NCBI GenBank assembly: GCA_963818475.1
Contig: CAWFSF010000006.1
Location: forward strand, 1,664,001 to 1,728,000
DNA from: Nitrospirota bacterium
Lineage (GTDB): Bacteria; Nitrospirota; UBA9217
Length of the DNA: 64,000 bases
Direction: 5' to 3'
Shown here: positions 8,737-22,801 of the stretch, in pieces
Layout of the letters: the number at the start of each line of letters is the position of its first letter
How positions within the stretch are numbered: the first letter of the stretch is position 1
Translations under genes and position numbers: made by a program
The notes under the pieces: generated by a model
What the model saw: the letters and a program-made list of their open reading frames with translations, nothing else
Database searches by the model: none
Told to the model about the DNA's origin: nothing

Positions 8737-10227
8737 TTATCCCTTTTGCTCTGACGTCCCCTGCTTCGGATAGGGGAACGTGATCGCGAAGGTCGCCCCA
8801 TTGCCCGCAGAGCTCATGACGCTGATTTCGCCGTTATGCTGTTCAACGATCCGCTGGGTGATCGACAGCCCCAGCCCCGTCCCTTGCTGGCGTGTGGTAA
8901 AGAAGGGGTTAAAGATCCTGTTCAGATTGTCCGTGGAAATGCCTTTACCGCTGTCGGCAAGCATGATCGATACGGATCCGGGAGAGTCCGCCGAAGGGCT
9001 CGCCGATCTGGTCTCTACCGTGAATTTGCCGCCGTTCGGCATCGACTGGATCGCATTCAGCGCAATATTGATCAGCGCCTGCTGTATCAGGTCGGGATCA
9101 AGCGTCAGCCAGGGAAGCCCTGCCGCCAATCTGCGCTCGGTCGTGATGCCTTGTTTGGCGAACTGCGGAGCCAGGAAATCGAGCAGTTTCCCGATCATTT
9201 CGTTGATATCGACCAGCGACATCTTTGGCTCCGGCGGACGGGCGAAGGAGAGCAGATTGCGAACAGCCTTGTCCATCCGTTCCACCTGGGACAAGACCTC
9301 CTCCAGGACGGCCCGCTTCGGTTCACCGACCGGTATCTCTTTTTTCAGGACCTGGATGACGCCTGCAATGCCTGCCAGCGGATTTTTAATCTCATGGGCG
9401 ATGCCTGCCGCCATCTCTCCGATGGAGGCCAGCCGGTCCGCCCGCTTCATTTGTTCAAAATGGTACTGCTCAACCCGCCTGCGGGCGCGCTCAAGCTTCG
9501 ACAGAAGCGAATTAAAGGCTTCGCCGAGACTGCCAATATCGTCGGAGCTTTTCACCTCGACGCGGGCCTCGAGACCGCGTTCGGCACGCTCCATGGTGGC
9601 AATAAGCTCCTGGATGGGGTTGGTAACGAAACGCGTGAGGAACATGGAAAGCGAGATGGCGAGCACTGCCGTGACCCCGAAGGCCCAGAGGAACATCGTT
9701 TTGCTGAGGTCTTCCACCTTTTCCTGGGTCTGCGCCATGGAGACATCAACCGTTAGGATGCCATTCAGCTTGATGATAGAACCGTGGCAGCGATAACAGC
9801 GCTCGTCGTTGTCGATCGGGAACAACACGGAGAAGACGCCCTCGTCCCGACGCTTAATCGGTTTCTTGAACCGTCCCTCAAGGAACCACTTTTGGGTCGA
9901 TGGGTCGACGGACCTCCCAATCATCCCGCGCTTCGAGGATTTAAGGACAACGCCGTTGGGGCTGAAGATCTTCACTTCCTGAATATTATGGTACCCGCCC
10001 ACCGCCTCGATAATATGCTGCACTTCATTGCTCTTGCCGTTCAGCATGGCGTTGGACAGGCTGCGTTCGATGGTATTGGCGATCACCAGCACATTATCTT
10101 CCAAAGCGCCTTCCATCTGCGCCCGCTGGTAGCCGATATTGATCCAGGTCCCGGCACCGATGGTCACGGCGAGGATCGCGGAGACCGAGATGATGATCTT
10201 GCTCTTGAGGCTGGAGATGATCCTCAC
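8737..10227 (-). CDS. HAMP sensor histidine kinase with periplasmic heme-c motif
   Basis: Two TM helices; CYRCH in the periplasmic domain; HAMP; AHEIKNPL H-box; NAIQS, DSGKGI, FNPFFTT, GTGLGL boxes. Confidence 0.92.
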   Translation of the reverse strand: MRIISSLKSKIIISVSAILAVTIGAGTWINIGYQRAQMEGALEDNVLVIANTIERSLSNAMLNGKSNEVQHIIEAVGGYHNIQEVKIFSPNGVVLKSSKRGMIGRSVDPSTQKWFLEGRFKKPIKRRDEGVFSVLFPIDNDERCYRCHGSIIKLNGILTVDVSMAQTQEKVEDLSKTMFLWAFGVTAVLAISLSMFLTRFVTNPIQELIATMERAERGLEARVEVKSSDDIGSLGEAFNSLLSKLERARRRVEQYHFEQMKRADRLASIGEMAAGIAHEIKNPLAGIAGVIQVLKKEIPVGEPKRAVLEEVLSQVERMDKAVRNLLSFARPPEPKMSLVDINEMIGKLLDFLAPQFAKQGITTERRLAAGLPWLTLDPDLIQQALINIALNAIQSMPNGGKFTVETRSASPSADSPGSVSIMLADSGKGISTDNLNRIFNPFFTTRQQGTGLGLSITQRIVEQHNGEISVMSSAGNGATFAITFPYPKQGTSEQKG

Positions 10228-11195
10228 CCGGCATCCACCTTTCCGATGATCTCCCGGAGGTCTCCGATCTTCTGCTCCCGCATGAAGCCCTCGATGCCGT
10301 TCAGCACGTCAAGCGTGGCGCGCGGGTTGACGAAATTCGCCGTCCCCACCGCCACAGCCGATGCTCCGGCCAACATGAACTCGATGGCGTCCTCGCCTGT
10401 GACGATCCCGCCCATGCCGATGATCGGCAGGGACACGGACCGCGCCACCTGCCATACCATGCGCACGGCAATTGGCCTGATCGCGGGACCGGAAAGGCCG
10501 CCCGTGCAGTTGGCGAGCCGCGGTTTTTTACAGCGAACATCGATGGCCATGCCGAGCAGGGTATTGATCAGGGACAGCCCGTCGCAGCCTGCATCGGCCG
10601 CCGCCCTGGCGAAGGCGGTCACGTCGGTCACGTTCGGCGACAATTTGGCGATGAGCGGCAATCGCGTTGCCTTGCGAACGGCCGAGAGCAGGTCAAAGGT
10701 GGCCCGGAGGTCGGTGCCGAAGGCCATCCCGCCTGCTTTTACGTTCGGGCAGGAGATATTCACCTCGATGCCGGAGATCCCGCTGGCGCCATCGAGACGC
10801 TCGGCCACGCCGACGTACTCCTCGAGGCTGTAGCCGAACATGTTCACGATCACCGCCGTATCGTACTTTCTCAGATAGGGCATTTTCTCGTTGAGGAATA
10901 CATCGACCCCCGGGTTCTCGAGCCCGATGGCGTTCAGCATTCCCGACGGCGTTTCCCAGATGCGCGGCGGCGGGTTTCCTTTGATCGGTTTCAGGGAAAT
11001 ACCCTTGACGATCACGCCGCCCAGCTGGTTCAGATTTACGAACTCGGCAAACTCCTCGCCGTAGCCGAAGGTCCCGGATGCGGTAAGCACGGGATTTTTC
11101 AGCTTGATCCCGGCGAAGGTGACGGAGAGGTCAGGGCTTCCGATTACGGATTTCTGATTGCGGATTGCGGATTTTTTGTCCAGCGTCGTGCTCAC
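10224..11195 (-). CDS. pyrD: dihydroorotate dehydrogenase B, catalytic subunit
   Basis: KNPVLTASGTFGYG, MLNAIGLENPG, NISCPNV, KLSPNVTD, GGLSGPAI. Confidence 0.95.
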   Translation of the reverse strand: MSTTLDKKSAIRNQKSVIGSPDLSVTFAGIKLKNPVLTASGTFGYGEEFAEFVNLNQLGGVIVKGISLKPIKGNPPPRIWETPSGMLNAIGLENPGVDVFLNEKMPYLRKYDTAVIVNMFGYSLEEYVGVAERLDGASGISGIEVNISCPNVKAGGMAFGTDLRATFDLLSAVRKATRLPLIAKLSPNVTDVTAFARAAADAGCDGLSLINTLLGMAIDVRCKKPRLANCTGGLSGPAIRPIAVRMVWQVARSVSLPIIGMGGIVTGEDAIEFMLAGASAVAVGTANFVNPRATLDVLNGIEGFMREQKIGDLREIIGKVDAG

Positions 11196-11207
11196 CTTTC
11201 CACCTTC

Positions 11208-12026
11208 CTACGTTCTCAACTTCAGAAGCACCTGTTCGCTCCAGTCGATCTCCCGCGAATCGAAAACGGGTCCCTCTTTGCATGCCCGCTTGTACCCGCC
11301 TGCCTTCATCGGGATCGAGCATCCCATGCACGCGCCAAGCCCGCAGGCCATGCGTTCTTCCATGGAGACGTGGCAAGGGATCGTATGTTCGGCAGCTATC
11401 CTGCTCACGGCGGCGAGCATGGCATGGGGTCCGCAGGCATAGAGGACAAGATGCGCTTTCTGCTCCATTTTCTTCAGGAAGGCGTTCAGAATATCGGTGG
11501 ACGTGCCCTGCACGCCGGCGCTGCCGTCATCGGTCGCAATATGGACGCGATCCGTGGCTTCTTTGAACGAGCGCACGATGTTCGCAGGAGGAAGGCATTC
11601 TTTGTTTCGTGCTCCAAGAAAAAGGTGGGCGAGCGAACCGGCACGCTGAGCCAGAAAATGCAGCGGCGGGAAACCGCTGCCGCCGGCAACCAGTACGGGT
11701 ATTGTTTTTTTATCCGGCAGGGGGAAGCCTTTTCCGAGCGGGCCGAGCAGACTCAAGGTTTGACCGGTTTTCGCGCCCGTCAGCATCGTGGTGCCTTTGC
11801 CTACAACGCGGTACACGATCTCGATCGATGACCGGAACATGACGGAGGATATGCCGAAAGGACGGGCGAGAAGCGGGTCCAGGGTATCGGATACCCGGAG
11901 CATCACAAACTGGCCGGGGAGGGCCGTTCGCGCCGCTTCAGGAGCTTTGAGAACGAGGCGGTAGTACTCTCGGCCAACAGGCTTGTTCGAGACAATGAGC
12001 GCCTTGTGAAGCCTATTCGATGGCAA
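11208..12026 (-). CDS. pyrK: dihydroorotate dehydrogenase electron-transfer subunit
   Basis: PGQFVML, RPFGI, GPLGKGF, CGPHAML, EERMACGLGACMGC 2Fe-2S motif, CKEGPVF. TTG start at 12026 is inferred. Confidence 0.93.
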   Translation of the reverse strand: MPSNRLHKALIVSNKPVGREYYRLVLKAPEAARTALPGQFVMLRVSDTLDPLLARPFGISSVMFRSSIEIVYRVVGKGTTMLTGAKTGQTLSLLGPLGKGFPLPDKKTIPVLVAGGSGFPPLHFLAQRAGSLAHLFLGARNKECLPPANIVRSFKEATDRVHIATDDGSAGVQGTSTDILNAFLKKMEQKAHLVLYACGPHAMLAAVSRIAAEHTIPCHVSMEERMACGLGACMGCSIPMKAGGYKRACKEGPVFDSREIDWSEQVLLKLRT

Positions 12027-12491
12027 TCTCGATCTCCTGGATCTCATATTCCACGGTCTTCACCGGCGTCTTGATCGTCACGACATCGCCCACCTTATGG
12101 CTGATAAGCGCCTTGCCCACGGGAGACTGAATGGAGATCTTGCCCAGTTTCAGGTCAGCTTCTTCCTGGCCCACGAGCGTGTATTTCTTGATGCTGCCGG
12201 ACTCCGTATCAGCAAGCGTCACGGTAGCGCCGAAAACCACTTTTTCGTTCGTCAGCTTCGACACGTCGATGATCTGGGCGTGGGCGAGCTTCTGCTCCAG
12301 TTCGCGTTTTTTGGCGTCCAAATGCCCCTGGCGCTCCTTGGCTGCATGGTACTCGGCGTTTTCCGAAAGGTCTCCATGGGCCCGCGCTTCCTCGATGTCC
12401 TTGATGTTCTTGCCCCGCTCCACCTTGACAATGCGGTCCAGTTCCTGCTTGAGCTTATCGTAGCCCGTCTGGGTCATCGGGATTTTCTGTG

Positions 12492-12495
<4 letters not shown>
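12013..12495 (-). CDS. greA: transcription elongation factor GreA
   Basis: [29 protein letters not shown]; sits in its usual position after carB. Confidence 0.96.
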
Positions 12496-15786
<3,291 letters not shown>

Positions 15787-15814
15787 GTGCACTTACCCCT
15801 TCTCAATAATTCAA

Positions 15815-15923
15815 AAATCCTAAATCCGAAATTCTAAACAATCTCGAAAACTTAAAACTGCAAATGTTTCAAACACTCGGATTTCGAGCTTGTTTAGGAT
15901 TTCGATATTCGAGTTTAGAATTT
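15815..15923. repeat. inverted heptamer-repeat element
   Basis: Left arm AAATCCTAAATCCGAAATTCTAAACAATCTCGAAA; right arm TTTCGAGCTTGTTTAGGATTTCGATATTCGAGTTTAGAATTT. Confidence 0.7.
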
Positions 15924-15926
15924 GCC

Positions 15927-16826
15927 TCAATCCAGTTCCTGCACCCATCCGTTCTCCAAACCATACGATTTCCATGATCCGGCAGGCGTCTTCGTACTCA
16001 TCTGTCGTGGTCCTTCGAGAAAGTTCTTTGAACTCAGCTCGCCTTGTATGCCGGAAAGTACTGGGACATGAGGCTGATATACACATCCTTCGATATCTCT
16101 TCAGCCAGGAACTTCATGACGCCCTCGGTTCCCGAAAGCCCGCCGGGCAGCACCAGGTGGCGGATAATGAGCCCGCGCTTCGCTATGCCATGCTCATCGA
16201 GCTGCAAGGTTGCCGACCTGCTGGTACATTTCTCTTACCGCGGCCCGGTTGACCTCGACATAATGCGGCGCAATCGAATAGAGCATCGCAACGCGATCGT
16301 CTGAGTAACGCATGTCCGGGAGGTAGATATCGACGATGCCGTCCAGCAGTCGGAGCGCCTCCACTGAGTCGTAGCCGCTCGTGTTGTACACCAGCGGCAG
16401 CGTGAAGCCGCGTTCCCTGGCGATCGCCCATGCCTTGAGTATCTGGGGCATGAAATGCGTCGGCGTCACCAGGTTGAGATTATGGCAGCCCTGCTCCTGC
16501 AGCCAGAGCATCTGGCAGGCAAGCTCTGCCGGCGTCTTTTCAACACCGTTCCCCATCTGGCTGATGGGGTAATTCTGGCAGTAGACGCACTTCATGTTGC
16601 AGTTGGCCAGAAAGATCGTTCCCGATCCCCTGGTTCCCGACAGCGGCGGTTCTTCGCCATGATGAGCACTGGCGCTCGCAACGACCGGATTCAGACCGGA
16701 CCGGCAAAAGCCTAGTTTATCGTTCTTGAGCCGGTTCACCCCGCATTCGCGGGGACAGACACGGCAGGCTTCGAGGAGCCCGTAGGCAGCCTCGATGCGA
16801 TGTTCTAGTTCGATCTGAGAAACCAT
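15927..16826 (-). CDS. PflX-like radical SAM protein (several frameshifts)
   Basis: CRVCPRECGVNR, HHGEEPPLSGTRGSGTIF, CNMKCVYC, GCHNLNLVTPTH, VYNTSGYD, DIYLPD. The C-terminal LENGWVQELD* is in another frame. Confidence 0.85.
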
Positions 16827-16838
16827 GGAAACCTTTTC

Positions 16839-16970
16839 ACCACGGAGACACGGAGACACGGAGAACGACAAAAACTCAATGCTTAACATATAAATCAGAA
16901 ACAAGGAATTTGTTCTTAGACTTAAGACCCCTCGCTTTTGATTTTCTCCGTGTCTCCGTGCCTCCGTGGT
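16839..16970. repeat. inverted 9-mer (CACGGAGAC) repeat pair
   Basis: ACCACGGAGACACGGAGACACGGAG ... CTCCGTGTCTCCGTGCCTCCGTGGT; same family at 30406, 34888, 43267, 46278 and 53113. Confidence 0.85.
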
Positions 16971-16977
16971 AGAATTA

Positions 16978-18123
16978 CTAGCCTTTGTGCTTCTCCATCA
17001 TATCCACGAACCGCTGGAACAGATAGCGGCTGTCATGCGGTCCCGGCGATGACTCCGGATGGTACTGCACGGAAAAGGCCGGGAGCGTCTTGTGCTGAAT
17101 TCCTTCGCAGGTCTTGTCGTTCAGGTTTTGATGCGTCATGACAACGCTGTCCTTGACCGTTTCCAGGTCAACAGAAAAACCATGGTTTTCTGCAGCGATC
17201 TCGACCTTACGCGTCGAGAGGTCCATGATCGGCTGGTTTCCGCCGCGGTGGCCGAACTTGAGCTTGTAGGTCTTGCCGCCGAGGGCGAGGCCCAGCAGCT
17301 GCTGTCCCAGGCAGATGCCGAAGATCGGTTTTTTGCCGAGCAGCTTTTTGATGTTCTCGATGGCATAGGTGCACGGCTCGGGATCGCCGGGGCCGTTCGA
17401 CAGGAACACGCCGTCGGGGTTCATGGCCAGCACTTCTTCAGCCGGCATGGTTGCCGGAACCACGGTGACATCACAGCCCGCATCCGTGAGCAGACGGAGG
17501 ATGTTGCGTTTGATGCCGTAATCGTAAGCAACCACACGGTACCGTGACGATGTTTTTGCTCCGTACCCGGCGCCGAGGTCCCAGGTGCCTTCGCTCCATA
17601 CATAGGGTTTCTTGCAGGTAACATGCTGCGCCAGGTCGAGGCCGTTCATCTTGGGAAGAGCCTTTGCCTTGGCAACCAGGCTCAATGGATCCAGATCCGT
17701 GGTGGATATCACGCCCGGCTGAGCCCCCACATCGCGGATGTGGCGCGTAAGCGCCCGGGTGTCGATCCCCTGGATGCCGACGATCCGCTTGTCCGTGAGA
17801 TACGTATGAAGGGACCGCTTGGACCTCCAGTTGCTCGGGAAGTCCAGGTACTCCTTCACGATGAATCCTTCGACCCAGGGCCTGGAAGACTCGACATCCT
17901 CATCGTTCGTTCCGTAGTTCCCGATCTGCGGGTAGGTCATGGTGACGATCTGGCCCTTGTAGGACGGATCGGTCAGGATCTCCTGGTACCCGGTCATGCT
18001 GGTATTGAACACGACCTCACCGGTAGCCTCACCCTCCGCTCCGAATGATGACCCTTCGAAGACCCAGCCGTCCGCCAATGCAAGCATCGCTTTTTTCATA
18101 TCTTTCATTGCCTTCCATTCCAT
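16978..18123 (-). CDS. carA: carbamoyl-phosphate synthase small subunit
   Basis: GEVVFNTSMTGYQEILTDPSY, LSNGPGDP, GICLG, QYHPESSPGPHD. Confidence 0.97.
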   Translation of the reverse strand: MEWKAMKDMKKAMLALADGWVFEGSSFGAEGEATGEVVFNTSMTGYQEILTDPSYKGQIVTMTYPQIGNYGTNDEDVESSRPWVEGFIVKEYLDFPSNWRSKRSLHTYLTDKRIVGIQGIDTRALTRHIRDVGAQPGVISTTDLDPLSLVAKAKALPKMNGLDLAQHVTCKKPYVWSEGTWDLGAGYGAKTSSRYRVVAYDYGIKRNILRLLTDAGCDVTVVPATMPAEEVLAMNPDGVFLSNGPGDPEPCTYAIENIKKLLGKKPIFGICLGQQLLGLALGGKTYKLKFGHRGGNQPIMDLSTRKVEIAAENHGFSVDLETVKDSVVMTHQNLNDKTCEGIQHKTLPAFSVQYHPESSPGPHDSRYLFQRFVDMMEKHKG

Positions 18124-18125
18124 AG

Positions 18126-19028
18126 TCAGAATTTATCTCGTATCGTCCCGTTCACATCCACCACTTCCCCGCTCACGCGGTCCCCGTCCACGGTCACCAG
18201 GACATAGTGATGGAAACCGCCGTTCTCGTCCGGCGCGTACAGCGGCGCACCGCCGCCGCCGGCAATGACGTGGGGAATGCCGTCGACTGTCTTGCGGAGA
18301 TACAGGTGCTCATGTCCCAGGAACACCATGGTCACTTTGTGCTTTACAAACAGGGCCTGGAGCCGGTCCCGGTCTTCCTTGTACCGGTCGAGGCTATTGC
18401 CGTAGTGCTTCCCCCTACCCTGCTCGGGATAGAGGGGATGATGGAGAAAAATGAACTTATGCTTCTGCCTGGAGCTTGCAAGGACCTGCTCCAGCCATTT
18501 AAACTGTTCACCGGTGATCTTCTTGTCCTCTCCCTTGATAGAGGAGTCCAGCACGATAAAGAGCGAGTTCCCGGCAACAAAGGAGTAATAGAGTTCGTTC
18601 CCGGGAAGATCCACCTGGTCTTTGTAGGTCTGCTCGCTTCCCACCACCTCAATATGAGCATCGTGATTCCCGACGGTAAGAAAGTGGGGTATCGTCACGT
18701 TCTTCGACATCTCCCGGAACCGTTTCCAGTGCTCAACGCTGCCCGGCTTGCTGATCTGGTCGCCGGTGTTCACCATGAGATCGGGCTTCCGCTCCAGCGC
18801 TGCAGCGATGACCTTCCGGTAGACCGCGTCGCACACCGGGTCTCCCGCACGGTTATCGCCAAGGACCACGAAGGAAAACTTAGGTGGAAGCTTTTCGAGT
18901 GCGGCGAGCTTCTGATAGATCTGCTGGTCCTGGGCAGCAACAGCGACCATACCCAAACCGAAGACAATAAAAAAGACCGCGGTCAGTTTTGCAATCCGCA
19001 ATCCGAAATTCAAGATCCGAAGTTTCAC
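18126..19028 (-). CDS. secreted calcineurin-like metallophosphoesterase
   Basis: Signal peptide; GDNR, TGDQ, GNHD, HHP, GHEH motifs. Confidence 0.9.
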   Translation of the reverse strand: MKLRILNFGLRIAKLTAVFFIVFGLGMVAVAAQDQQIYQKLAALEKLPPKFSFVVLGDNRAGDPVCDAVYRKVIAAALERKPDLMVNTGDQISKPGSVEHWKRFREMSKNVTIPHFLTVGNHDAHIEVVGSEQTYKDQVDLPGNELYYSFVAGNSLFIVLDSSIKGEDKKITGEQFKWLEQVLASSRQKHKFIFLHHPLYPEQGRGKHYGNSLDRYKEDRDRLQALFVKHKVTMVFLGHEHLYLRKTVDGIPHVIAGGGGAPLYAPDENGGFHHYVLVTVDGDRVSGEVVDVNGTIRDKF

Positions 19029-20290
19029 ACCCTTCCCCCAACGATCGTCCGAACAGCCCTGCCCTTCAGCTTCGTTCCGTTAAACGGCGTATTCTTTGAT
19101 TTTGATTTGAACAGAGATGCATCTACCGTCCACTCGAGGTCCGGATCGATGACCGTAATATCTGCGTCAGCACCTGCCTGGAGCGTTCCCTTTCCGATCT
19201 TGAGCACTGATGCGGGATTCAGGCTGAGCTTGCAGATAACTTCCTGCAGGGTGAGCACCTTTTCCTTCACCAGCTGGAACGAAAGCCCCAACGCTGTTTC
19301 AAGACCCACAATGCCGAAAGGCGCATAATCAAACTCGCCGGACTTTTCGTCCATGCCATGCGGGGCATGGTCGGTCGCGATCACGTCGATGGTCCCGTCC
19401 CTGAGGCCGTCCTTGATAGCCGCAACATCCTCGGCAGTCCTGAGCGGGGGGTTCATTTTTGCCATGGTATTGTAACCCCGCACCGCCTCATCGGTCAAAG
19501 CAAAATAGTGCGGACAGGTCTCTGCCGTGACCTTGACGCCGCGCGCCTTTGCCGCACGCAGCAGGTCCACCGAACCGGCGGTGCTGACGTGGGCGATATG
19601 CACCCTGCTACGCGTCAGCTCGGCAAGCGAGATGTCCCGCGCGGTCATCACATCTTCTGCTGAACGCGGTATCCCGCGGAGCCCCAGTTCGGTCGAGACG
19701 AAGCCCTCGTTCATGACCCCCTTGGCCGAGAGAGAACTGTCCTCGCAGTGCGAGATCACCAGGAGATCGAAGACCTGTGCATACTCCATGGCTCGCCGCA
19801 TGATGGCCGCATTCATCACCGGCCTGCCGTCGTCAGAGACCGCCACGCAGCCCGCAGCGCGCAACTCGCCCATTTCGGACAGTTCTTCGCCTTTCGACCC
19901 CTTGGTGATCGCGCCGATGGGGAACACGCGGGCAGAAGCTTCACGCGCCGCCTGCGACAGGATGAACTCGGTCACCGATCGGTTGTCGTTCACCGGGTTA
20001 GTGTTCGGCATGCAGCAGACCGACGTAAAGCCGCCTGCCTTTGCTGCAGCCGTTCCGGTCGCGATCGTTTCTTTATATTCGAGCCCTGGTTCGCGCAGAT
20101 GAACATGCATATCGATGAGTCCGGGAACGATCAGCTTTCCCGCAGCATCGACCACCTGCGCATCATTAGACGTTATCGAACCTGCTTTACCGAGTTTCGC
20201 GATCTTGCCGTCTGCAATCAGGATGTCGAGCTTTTCGTCAACCTTGTTCGCGGGATCGATGATGTGACCATTTTTGATTATAATATTCAT
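19025..20290 (-). CDS. pyrC: dihydroorotase
   Basis: [36 protein letters not shown]. Confidence 0.96.
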   Translation of the reverse strand: MNIIIKNGHIIDPANKVDEKLDILIADGKIAKLGKAGSITSNDAQVVDAAGKLIVPGLIDMHVHLREPGLEYKETIATGTAAAKAGGFTSVCCMPNTNPVNDNRSVTEFILSQAAREASARVFPIGAITKGSKGEELSEMGELRAAGCVAVSDDGRPVMNAAIMRRAMEYAQVFDLLVISHCEDSSLSAKGVMNEGFVSTELGLRGIPRSAEDVMTARDISLAELTRSRVHIAHVSTAGSVDLLRAAKARGVKVTAETCPHYFALTDEAVRGYNTMAKMNPPLRTAEDVAAIKDGLRDGTIDVIATDHAPHGMDEKSGEFDYAPFGIVGLETALGLSFQLVKEKVLTLQEVICKLSLNPASVLKIGKGTLQAGADADITVIDPDLEWTVDASLFKSKSKNTPFNGTKLKGRAVRTIVGGRV

Positions 20291-20316
20291 GATTTGACCT
20301 TTTCACCAAAGAAAAC

Positions 20317-20461
20317 GTAACCCGGACAAGCCGAAACCCACGGATTTATTTAGCCGCGAATGTACGCTAATGAACGCTAAAAAACAGTATTTATTCTTTT
20401 TATTTAATTCGCGTCAATTCGCGTTCATTCGCGGTTCATTGCTTGGGCGTAACTGACTAAG
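20317..20461 (+). repeat. MITE-like element with internal inverted 10-mer (TGAACGCGAA) arms
   Basis: Starts GTAACCCGGACAAGCCGAA and ends GTAACTGACTAAG; internal CCGCGAATGTACGCTAATGAACGCTAA ... ATTCGCGTCAATTCGCGTTCATTCGCGG. Confidence 0.6.
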
Positions 20462-20511
20462 GCATTTGATTTATGCATTCCGCAATCCGAAATCCGCAAT
20501 CCGCAATCGAA

Positions 20512-21441
20512 TCATGCTTCAGCCTTCGTCCCGCCCGACAACAGGAACATGACCGCCATCCGGACTGCCACGCCGTTCGTGACCTGATCGAGAATGACCG
20601 GCGTGCTGTCCGCCACATCCGATGCGATCTCCACGCCGCGGTTCATGGGGCCGGGATGCATGACCAGCACGTTCTTTGCCGCGCAAGCGAGCCGTGCCTG
20701 GTTCAATCCGTAGAACCGGGCATACTCGCGCACACCTGGAAAGAGGCCCGCGGTCTGACGCTCAACCTGAAGCCGCAGCATCATGATCACATCAGCGCCT
20801 TCAACAGCCCGGTCCATGTCGTAATGGACCTCGACGCCCATGTGCTCGATCCCGCGCGGGATCATCGTGGCCGGGCCGCAGACACGGACCTTCGCCCCCA
20901 TGGCCAGAAGCCCGTAGATGTTCGATCTGGCCACTCTGCTGTGTGCGATATCCCCGACGATCGCGACCGTGATCCCCTTGATGCTGCCGAGTTTTTCACG
21001 CATGGTGAACATATCGAGCAGCGCCTGCGTCGGATGTTCGTGGAACCCGTCGCCGGCGTTGATCACGGCACTCTTAAGTCGCGTGGACAGGAACTCGGGC
21101 GCACCCGAGCAGGGGTGGCGGATGATGATCATATTGCACTTCATGGCCTCGATGTTCCGGGCCGTATCGAGCAGGGTTTCACCTTTGACCACGCTGCTGG
21201 TCGAGGTCGAGATGTTGATCACATCAGCAGAAAGACGTTTGCCCGCAAGTTCAAAGGATGTCCGCGTCCGCGTGCTTGCTTCGTAGAACAGGTTGATTAC
21301 GGTCTTGCCGCGAAGCGTCGGCACCTTCTTGATGTCCCGCTCGGACACGTCCTTGAACGTGGCAGCCGTATCGAGAATAAGTTTGATCTCGTCGGCAGCC
21401 ATGCCTTTTATGCCCAGCAGGTCTTTTGAACTTAAACTCAT
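20512..21441 (-). CDS. pyrB: aspartate carbamoyltransferase catalytic subunit
   Basis: [40 protein letters not shown]. Confidence 0.97.
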   Translation of the reverse strand: MSLSSKDLLGIKGMAADEIKLILDTAATFKDVSERDIKKVPTLRGKTVINLFYEASTRTRTSFELAGKRLSADVINISTSTSSVVKGETLLDTARNIEAMKCNMIIIRHPCSGAPEFLSTRLKSAVINAGDGFHEHPTQALLDMFTMREKLGSIKGITVAIVGDIAHSRVARSNIYGLLAMGAKVRVCGPATMIPRGIEHMGVEVHYDMDRAVEGADVIMMLRLQVERQTAGLFPGVREYARFYGLNQARLACAAKNVLVMHPGPMNRGVEIASDVADSTPVILDQVTNGVAVRMAVMFLLSGGTKAEA

Positions 21442-21519
21442 GGATCAACCCTTCTAAGCCATAAGATGTTCGTTTTTGAAAAAAATCCGCAATCCGAAAT
21501 CCGCAATCCGCAATGGTTC

Positions 21520-22062
21520 TTACTCACCGAGGATCACTATCTTCTCATCCCCGCCGTCCTCGACCAGCATCACTTCCACCTTCTCTTTTGCCGAGGTCGG
21601 GAGGTTCTTCCCGACAAAATCAGCGCGGATCGGCAGTTCCCGGTGCCCGCGGTCCACGAGCACGGCAAGCTGGATGCGGTGCGGCCTTCCGTAGTCCATA
21701 ATGCTGTTCAGGGCAGCCCGGATGGTCCTGCCCGTAAAGATCACATCGTCGACGAGCACCATCATCTTGTCCTGTATATCGAAGGTGATGTCCGTGGCCT
21801 GCGGCACCGGCTGGGACTTGCGGGTTGCCAGGTCGTCGCGGTACATGGTAATGTCGAGGCTGCCGACAGGAGGCTCCAGGCCTTCGATCTGCTTGATCTT
21901 GGCTGCCAGCCGCTTTGCGATATGCACACCGCCGCGCTGAATGCCGACAAGGACGAGCTCCTTCGCTCCCTTGTTCTTTTCAAGGATTTCATGTGCTATC
22001 CTCGTAAGAGCCCGGTCAATACCTGCCTTGTCAAGAATAAGGGCCTTTTCTTTTTGATTCAT
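21520..22062 (-). CDS. pyrR: pyr operon attenuation regulator / uracil PRTase PyrR
   Basis: [53 protein letters not shown]. Confidence 0.97.
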   Translation of the reverse strand: MNQKEKALILDKAGIDRALTRIAHEILEKNKGAKELVLVGIQRGGVHIAKRLAAKIKQIEGLEPPVGSLDITMYRDDLATRKSQPVPQATDITFDIQDKMMVLVDDVIFTGRTIRAALNSIMDYGRPHRIQLAVLVDRGHRELPIRADFVGKNLPTSAKEKVEVMLVEDGGDEKIVILGE

Positions 22063-22101
22063 CGCGTTGAACTCCCAGAAGCTAACATATTAAAAAGACA
22101 C

Positions 22102-22134
22102 AAAAAAACCTTCTCTCCAAAATGGAAAGAAGGT
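22102..22134 (-). terminator. attenuator terminator of the pyr leader
   Basis: Minus strand ACCTTCTTTCCA-TTT-TGGAGAGAAGGT followed by a T-run, just upstream of pyrR. Confidence 0.8.
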
Positions 22135-22185
22135 ATGCGTGTTTATACAGTACGATATTTTGACGCGGAAATTTTTCATTTCATG

Positions 22186-22219
22186 CCCTTCCTGGCCTCA
22201 CAGGACCAGACTTAAAGAG
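22186..22219 (-). ncRNA. PyrR-binding RNA element (anti-antiterminator)
   Basis: Minus strand TCTTTAAGTCTGGTCCTGTGAGGCCAGGAAGGG matches the CUUUAA..GUCCNGNGAGG PyrR consensus; lies upstream of the terminator and pyrR. Confidence 0.88.
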
Positions 22220-22237
22220 AATCAATACAACGGCGAT

Positions 22238-22266
22238 ACAATAACCTAACCGCAGATTTCTGTCAA
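22238..22266 (-). promoter_or_regulatory. sigma70 promoter of the pyr operon
   Basis: TTGACA-17 nt-TATTGT on the minus strand, just upstream of the PyrR element. Confidence 0.7.
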
Positions 22267-22548
22267 GAATTTTATTCCCCACTTTTACGGTTTAGTCGCA
22301 GGTCGCATAAAACAATAGGCTGAAAGCGCTACATGCAAACAATAGTATCAGCAAAGTCAGGCAACTCCGCAAAAAGGATTTAACATGAACACATCTTGTT
22401 CCGTATTTGTTGACAAAGAGCACGCCCGTTGATAAATATAAATCAGGTTCATTAAGACACGCAAATGAACGCCTGTTCAGACGACAGGAGAGGGATGAGC
22501 GGGTTTCAAACCCATCCCCTTCGTGCCGGTCCAAAGAAAGGGGAAACT

Positions 22549-22740
22549 ATGTTGATCCGCGTAGTTTACAATGACAATAAATACGATTTTATAAATCCCG
22601 CACGCCTGAATGAGCAGCTTAAGGCTGGCGCCATATCGATGTTCCAGCGCAACAACGGTTGGGTGCGCGTAGGCATAGATCCGCTGAGAGGAAAAAATAA
22701 CGCGCCTCGCGACAAAGCGGACGAGCGCAGGCATTCATAG
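22549..22740 (+). CDS. small GSU3473-family-like protein
   Basis: MLIRVVYNDNKYDFINPARLNEQL..G.I.MF.R..GWVRVG.DPLR..ERR pattern; AAGGGG RBS. Confidence 0.75.
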   Translation: MLIRVVYNDNKYDFINPARLNEQLKAGAISMFQRNNGWVRVGIDPLRGKNNAPRDKADERRHS

Positions 22741-22801
22741 GCAATAGTGCTGTCGCAGCACAGAAAGAATAACGACAGCCGTTCAGGGAAAGGCCAAGCG
22801 A

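Noticed and set aside
22292-22548. GEMM (c-di-GMP/cGAMP) riboswitch upstream of the GSU3473-like gene
   Set aside because: The GEMM consensus could not be matched by eye; only generic hairpins are reported.
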